DNA of 64,000 nucleotides from Escherichia coli (GTDB lineage Bacteria; Pseudomonadota; Gammaproteobacteria; Enterobacterales; Enterobacteriaceae): NCBI RefSeq assembly GCF_036507355.1, contig NZ_AP027877.1; one strand, 5' to 3'. Shown piece by piece: positions 61,364 to 64,000 of this stretch (position 1 is its first letter; each line of letters starts with the position of its first letter). The notes under the pieces were generated by a model. It saw only the letters and a program-made list of their open reading frames with translations, ran no database searches and was not told where the DNA came from. The position numbers and the translations under genes were made by a program.

Positions 61364-62272
61364 CTAATTCTGCTGTAAAAAGTGCAGAAACTGACTTAAA
61401 GCATAAGAAGGCGTTTCGTTATTGCGCCAGAACACACCGACGCTACCTTTCTGTTCTATCTTTGGCAGGTTGAGTATCACCAGTTGTCCCTGGCTGGCAT
61501 AACGTTGCGCCAGGCGTAATGACAAAATAGAGATCATATCGCTGCTTTGTAACAGGTTGGTACTGACGTTCATCGACGCCGACTCAATCGTGTTTTCTGG
61601 CAGCATTACGCCGTGGTCTACCAGCGCATTATCAATACTAATGCGAATGGGGGTACCCGTCGGCCAGACGATCCAGCGCCAGTTGGCAAGATCATTCCAG
61701 CTGAGGGTGGCGTATTTCGCCAGTGGGTGCTCAGGGCGGGCGACAAAGCATACTGGCTCGGTGTACAGCACCTGATAATTCAGTGGCAGCTGCAATGCGC
61801 GACCGCCAATTCGCCCAACGACCACATCGACAGAACCTGCCAATAGATCTTGCAGCAATGGGGTCATCACCTTCTCTTCGATATTCAGGTGTAGAGTTGG
61901 CATCTTCGTAAGCAAATGCAAAATCGCCTGGGATACGCAGTCAGTGGCGACGGGAGAACAGCCAATTTTCAGACTGCCGACCAGTCCACCTTGTTTAAAA
62001 CGGGCCAGTTCATGTTGCGATCGCTCCATGTCATTGATTAACCGTTGGGCATGTTGCAATAACAATTTGCCGCCTTCAGTCGGACGTAATCCTTTGCTGT
62101 GCCGCTCAAAAAGTGTGATTCCAATCTCATCTTCGAGTTGTGACAACCATTTCGAAAGCGCAGGTTGGGTGATATTCATCATTCGTGCGACATGGGTTAG
62201 ATTGCCCTGTTCACCCAGCGCCACCAGCATTTCAAGGTGATGTAGTTTTAATTTTTGCGCCCAGTTCGCCAT
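61364..62272 (-). CDS. LysR-type transcriptional regulator, likely aromatic-catabolism regulator (about 302 aa; start uncertain, track ORF extends to 62320)
   Basis: N-terminal LysR HTH (LHHLEMLVALGEQGNLTHVARMMNITQPALSKWLSQLE); divergent from the MFS transporter gene. Confidence 0.8.
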   Translation of the reverse strand: MANWAQKLKLHHLEMLVALGEQGNLTHVARMMNITQPALSKWLSQLEDEIGITLFERHSKGLRPTEGGKLLLQHAQRLINDMERSQHELARFKQGGLVGSLKIGCSPVATDCVSQAILHLLTKMPTLHLNIEEKVMTPLLQDLLAGSVDVVVGRIGGRALQLPLNYQVLYTEPVCFVARPEHPLAKYATLSWNDLANWRWIVWPTGTPIRISIDNALVDHGVMLPENTIESASMNVSTNLLQSSDMISILSLRLAQRYASQGQLVILNLPKIEQKGSVGVFWRNNETPSYALSQFLHFLQQN

Positions 62273-62398
62273 TTGCCATAACCTCCAGGTTATCTCTCTG
62301 CCCGAAATGCCATTGTACATCTCATCTCTTTAATCACAATATCGCAACATATACAAAACAAAAGAAACATCTACCTTACCTGCACTGAGGCATTTACT

Positions 62399-63757
62399 AT
62401 GACTCAACGACGTGATTTACAAGCACTTATCGATGCTGCTCCGGTCGGCAAGATGCAGTGGCGCGTTATCATCTGCTGTTTTCTGGTGGTAATGCTCGAT
62501 GGTTTTGACACCGCGGCTATCGGATTTATCGCCCCTGATATTCGCACTCACTGGCAACTCACCGCAGGCGATCTCGCCCCGCTTTTTGGCGCGGGTCTGC
62601 TAGGATTAACCGCAGGCGCACTGCTTTGTGGCCCGTTGTCCGATCGCTTTGGTCGCAAGCGGGTGATTGAGCTGTGCGTCTTTTTGTTTGGCGCGTTAAG
62701 CCTCGCCTCGGCTTTCTCACCGGATCTGCAAACGCTGGTCTTCCTGCGCTTTCTCACCGGCCTGGGTCTGGGCGGCGCGATGCCGAACACCATCACCATG
62801 ACCTCGGAGTATCTGCCTGCCCGCCGCCGCGGCGCGCTGGTGACGCTGATGTTTTGCGGCTTTACGCTGGGTTCGGCGTTTGGCGGGATTGTCAGTGCGC
62901 AGCTGGTGCCGGTGATTGGCTGGCACGGCATTCTGGTGTTGGGGGGCGTGTTACCGCTGATGCTGTTTGTCGCACTGCTGGTAGTTCTGCCGGAATCGCC
63001 ACGCTGGCAGGTGCGCCGCCAGCTACCGCAGGCGGTGATTGCGAAAACCGTCAGCGCCATCACCCGCGAGCGTTATGTCGATACCCACTTTTATCTCATT
63101 GAATCAGCCTCCGTTACAAAAGGCAGCATTCGTCAACTGTTTATGGGACGTCAGTTACCCATCACGTTGATGCTGTGGGTAGTGTTCTTTATGAGCCTGC
63201 TGATTATTTACCTGCTCTCAAGCTGGATGCCGACGCTACTGAACCATCGCGGCATCGACCTGCAACACGCGTCCTGGGTCACCGCCGCGTTCCAGATTGG
63301 TGGTACGTTAGGCGCGCTGGCGCTGGGTGTGCTGATGGATAAGTTCAATCCTTTCCGCGTGCTGGCGCTGAGCTATGCCATAGGCGCTATATGCATCGTG
63401 ATGATTGGCTTAAGCCAGGATGGATTATGGTTGATGGCGCTGGCGATTTTCGGCACTGGCATTGGCATTAGCGGATCGCAGGTGGGGCTGAATGCGCTGA
63501 CCGCAACACTTTATCCAACACAAAGTCGCGCCACGGGCGTGAGCTGGTCAAATGCTATCGGCCGCTGCGGCGCGATTGTTGGTTCGCTGTCTGGCGGCGT
63601 GATGATGGCGATGAATTTCTCTTTCGACACCCTGTTTTTCATTATCGCTGTGCCTGCGGCGATCAGTGCGGTGATGTTAACCCTGCTGATTACCGTGGTT
63701 CGCCAGTCGACCTCTGTCCCTGACTCACTGCCTCGCGCAGGCGTTGTGAACGAATAA
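62399..63757 (+). CDS. MFS transporter of the aromatic acid:H+ symporter type (452 aa)
   Basis: 12-TM MFS with DGFD and [11 protein letters not shown] motifs typical of PcaK/BenK/MhbT-like aromatic acid transporters. Confidence 0.8.
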   Translation: MTQRRDLQALIDAAPVGKMQWRVIICCFLVVMLDGFDTAAIGFIAPDIRTHWQLTAGDLAPLFGAGLLGLTAGALLCGPLSDRFGRKRVIELCVFLFGALSLASAFSPDLQTLVFLRFLTGLGLGGAMPNTITMTSEYLPARRRGALVTLMFCGFTLGSAFGGIVSAQLVPVIGWHGILVLGGVLPLMLFVALLVVLPESPRWQVRRQLPQAVIAKTVSAITRERYVDTHFYLIESASVTKGSIRQLFMGRQLPITLMLWVVFFMSLLIIYLLSSWMPTLLNHRGIDLQHASWVTAAFQIGGTLGALALGVLMDKFNPFRVLALSYAIGAICIVMIGLSQDGLWLMALAIFGTGIGISGSQVGLNALTATLYPTQSRATGVSWSNAIGRCGAIVGSLSGGVMMAMNFSFDTLFFIIAVPAAISAVMLTLLITVVRQSTSVPDSLPRAGVVNE

Positions 63758-63768
63758 GGAGCATCCCA

Positions 63769-64000
63769 ATGACTGATAACAATCAAAATAGCCGCGAGCA
63801 ATTTTATCAGCATATTTCCGGGCAAAACCTGACCCCGCTGTGGGAGTCACTGCACCATCTGGTGCCGAAAACGCCCAACGCTAACTGTGCGCCAGCGTAC
63901 TGGAATTATCAGGAGATCCGCCCGCTGCTACTGGAGAGCGGCGGCCTGATTGGTGCGAAAGAGGCCGTGCGCCGCGTGCTGGTGCTGGAAAACCCGGCGC
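63769..64000 (+). CDS. Gentisate 1,2-dioxygenase-like cupin protein, 5' part only (truncated by window end)
   Basis: ATG at 63769 preceded by [82 protein letters not shown] matches the conserved N-terminal region of gentisate dioxygenases. Confidence 0.7.
   Translation, partial: MTDNNQNSREQFYQHISGQNLTPLWESLHHLVPKTPNANCAPAYWNYQEIRPLLLESGGLIGAKEAVRRVLVLENPA

Overview
This window reads as Escherichia coli chromosome, colinear with the K-12 map between ccmH/narP and yohJ (about 2.23-2.29 Mb) but in reverse-complement orientation. That assignment is from recognising the proteins in the ORF track and from memory of K-12 gene order; no database search was run. About 55 intact core genes are present, including yejM/pbgA, rplY, radD, rsuA, bcr, yejABEF, mepS, lpxT, fruBKA, psuKGT, rihB, nfo, lysP, cirA, folE, galS, mglBAC, preTA and cdd, plus tRNA-Pro, REP/BIME clusters and one ERIC element. 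I did not find a clearly novel system. No CRISPR array, prophage or recognisable defence island is visible. The non-K-12 content I could support is: (1) two identical 768-bp IS1 copies in inverted orientation, each a simple insertion with its own target-site duplication, one splitting the autotransporter gene yejO and one splitting the nucleoside permease gene nupX at codon 19; (2) at the right edge (61.3-64.0 kb), a LysR regulator, an aromatic-acid MFS transporter and the 5' end of a gentisate 1,2-dioxygenase-like gene, sitting where K-12 has dusC next to yohJ. Smaller observations worth a second look are a shared leader motif upstream of the paralogs psuT and nupX, an 18-bp tandem repeat upstream of psuK, the HTH-kinase fusion yeiI, and a perfect CRP consensus next to the ERIC element upstream of preT.
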